Source: Bdellovibrionia bacterium | GTDB lineage: Bacteria > Bdellovibrionota > Bdellovibrionia > Bdellovibrionales > JAGQZY01 | Assembly: GCA_030424665.1 (NCBI GenBank) | Contig: JAUHWN010000001.1 | Span: 55,223 to 119,222 of the forward strand | Direction: 5' to 3' | Length of the DNA: 64,000 nt | Made by a program: the position numbers and the translations under genes | Part shown: positions 63,541-64,000 of the stretch, in pieces | How positions within the stretch are numbered: position 1 is the first letter of the stretch | Layout: each line of letters begins with the position of its first letter | The notes under the pieces: generated by a model | The model's input: only the letters and a program-made list of their open reading frames with translations | The model's database searches: none | Told to the model about the DNA's origin: nothing

Positions 63541-64000
63541 TTGACCCTAGACCAACTTGAAATGTTTGAGGCAATTATTGAAGAAGGTAGCATGCAGAAG
63601 GCTGCAAAGAAGATTCACAAAAGTCAGCCAAGTCTCAGTGTTGGAATCAAAAAAATTGAGGAACACTATGGCATTAGACTCTTCTCAAGAGAGTCATACC
63701 GCCCCCAACTCACCAACGAAGGAGAGGTATTCTATCAAAATGCCCGACAAGTTCTTTTGGCCCATCGCAATCTACATAAGGTCGCCACAGAACTTGCCGG
63801 TAAAATAGAATCAAAAATAAAGATCGCAATTGATCCTATCGTCTTACTCAGTCGAATCGAGAAACCCCTCGAAATATTAAAATCACGAATGAATACGACC
63901 CAACTCATATTAATAGAAGAAGTTTTAGAGGGCCCTCTTAATGCTGTAGTCAACAACACTGTCCAGTTTGGGGTAGGTCACTGTCCTTCACAACGACATT
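63541..64000 (+). CDS. LysR-family transcriptional regulator (5' part, runs off the window)
   Basis: TTG 63541 after GAGGTG. LDQLEMFEAIIEEGSMQKAAKKIHKSQPSLSVGIKKIEEHYGIRLFSR is the HTH region. Frame stays open to the window end. Divergent from pirin. Confidence 0.85.
   Translation, partial: MTLDQLEMFEAIIEEGSMQKAAKKIHKSQPSLSVGIKKIEEHYGIRLFSRESYRPQLTNEGEVFYQNARQVLLAHRNLHKVATELAGKIESKIKIAIDPIVLLSRIEKPLEILKSRMNTTQLILIEEVLEGPLNAVVNNTVQFGVGHCPSQRH

Overview
AT-rich bacterial chromosome segment. The gene content suggests a Bdellovibrionota-like predator (TIGR02147-family HTH protein, many lipoproteins with a (Y/F)QNC lipobox, an NrsF/ECF sigma pair, a ZZ-zinc-finger histone-fold protein); this lineage call is inference only. 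Layout: 0-34 kb is mostly housekeeping genes (pepN, OmpA-like lipoprotein, LMW-PTP, fructosamine kinase, apaG, ClpX paralogue, rRNA m5C methyltransferase, ROK kinase, S9 peptidase, racemase, TonB-dependent receptor) mixed with lineage-specific secreted proteins and two paralogous TPR + winged-helix regulators. 34.4-39.4 kb is a cluster of seven signal-peptide proteins of unknown function, one of which is built from 8 tandem 48-bp Cys-containing repeats. The tmRNA gene (ssrA) lies at 40621-40973. Next to it, at 40974-46712, is the most unusual region. It is an integrase-less accessory island with a GATATC x5 palindrome array, a four-helix-bundle gene, a 15-nt copy of the tmRNA 3' end, and a GC-rich structured spacer. 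Its cargo is a KAP P-loop NTPase (apparently frameshifted at a G5 tract just after its likely start), a CoiA-like nuclease, a CGNR-type zinc-finger protein and a stand-alone class-III-cyclase-fold protein. A degenerate second copy of the four-helix-bundle gene closes the block. I do not recognise this cargo as a named defence system, so it is the best candidate for something undescribed. 46.7-64 kb holds small stress, detoxification and redox genes (3 GNATs, GFA, SRPBCC, DUF1801/YdeI, LigB dioxygenase, ArsC, Tpx, ABC exporter, FMN reductase, pirin, LysR). I found no rRNA, tRNA, CRISPR array, transposase or integrase. All functional calls come from motif recognition by eye, with no database search.
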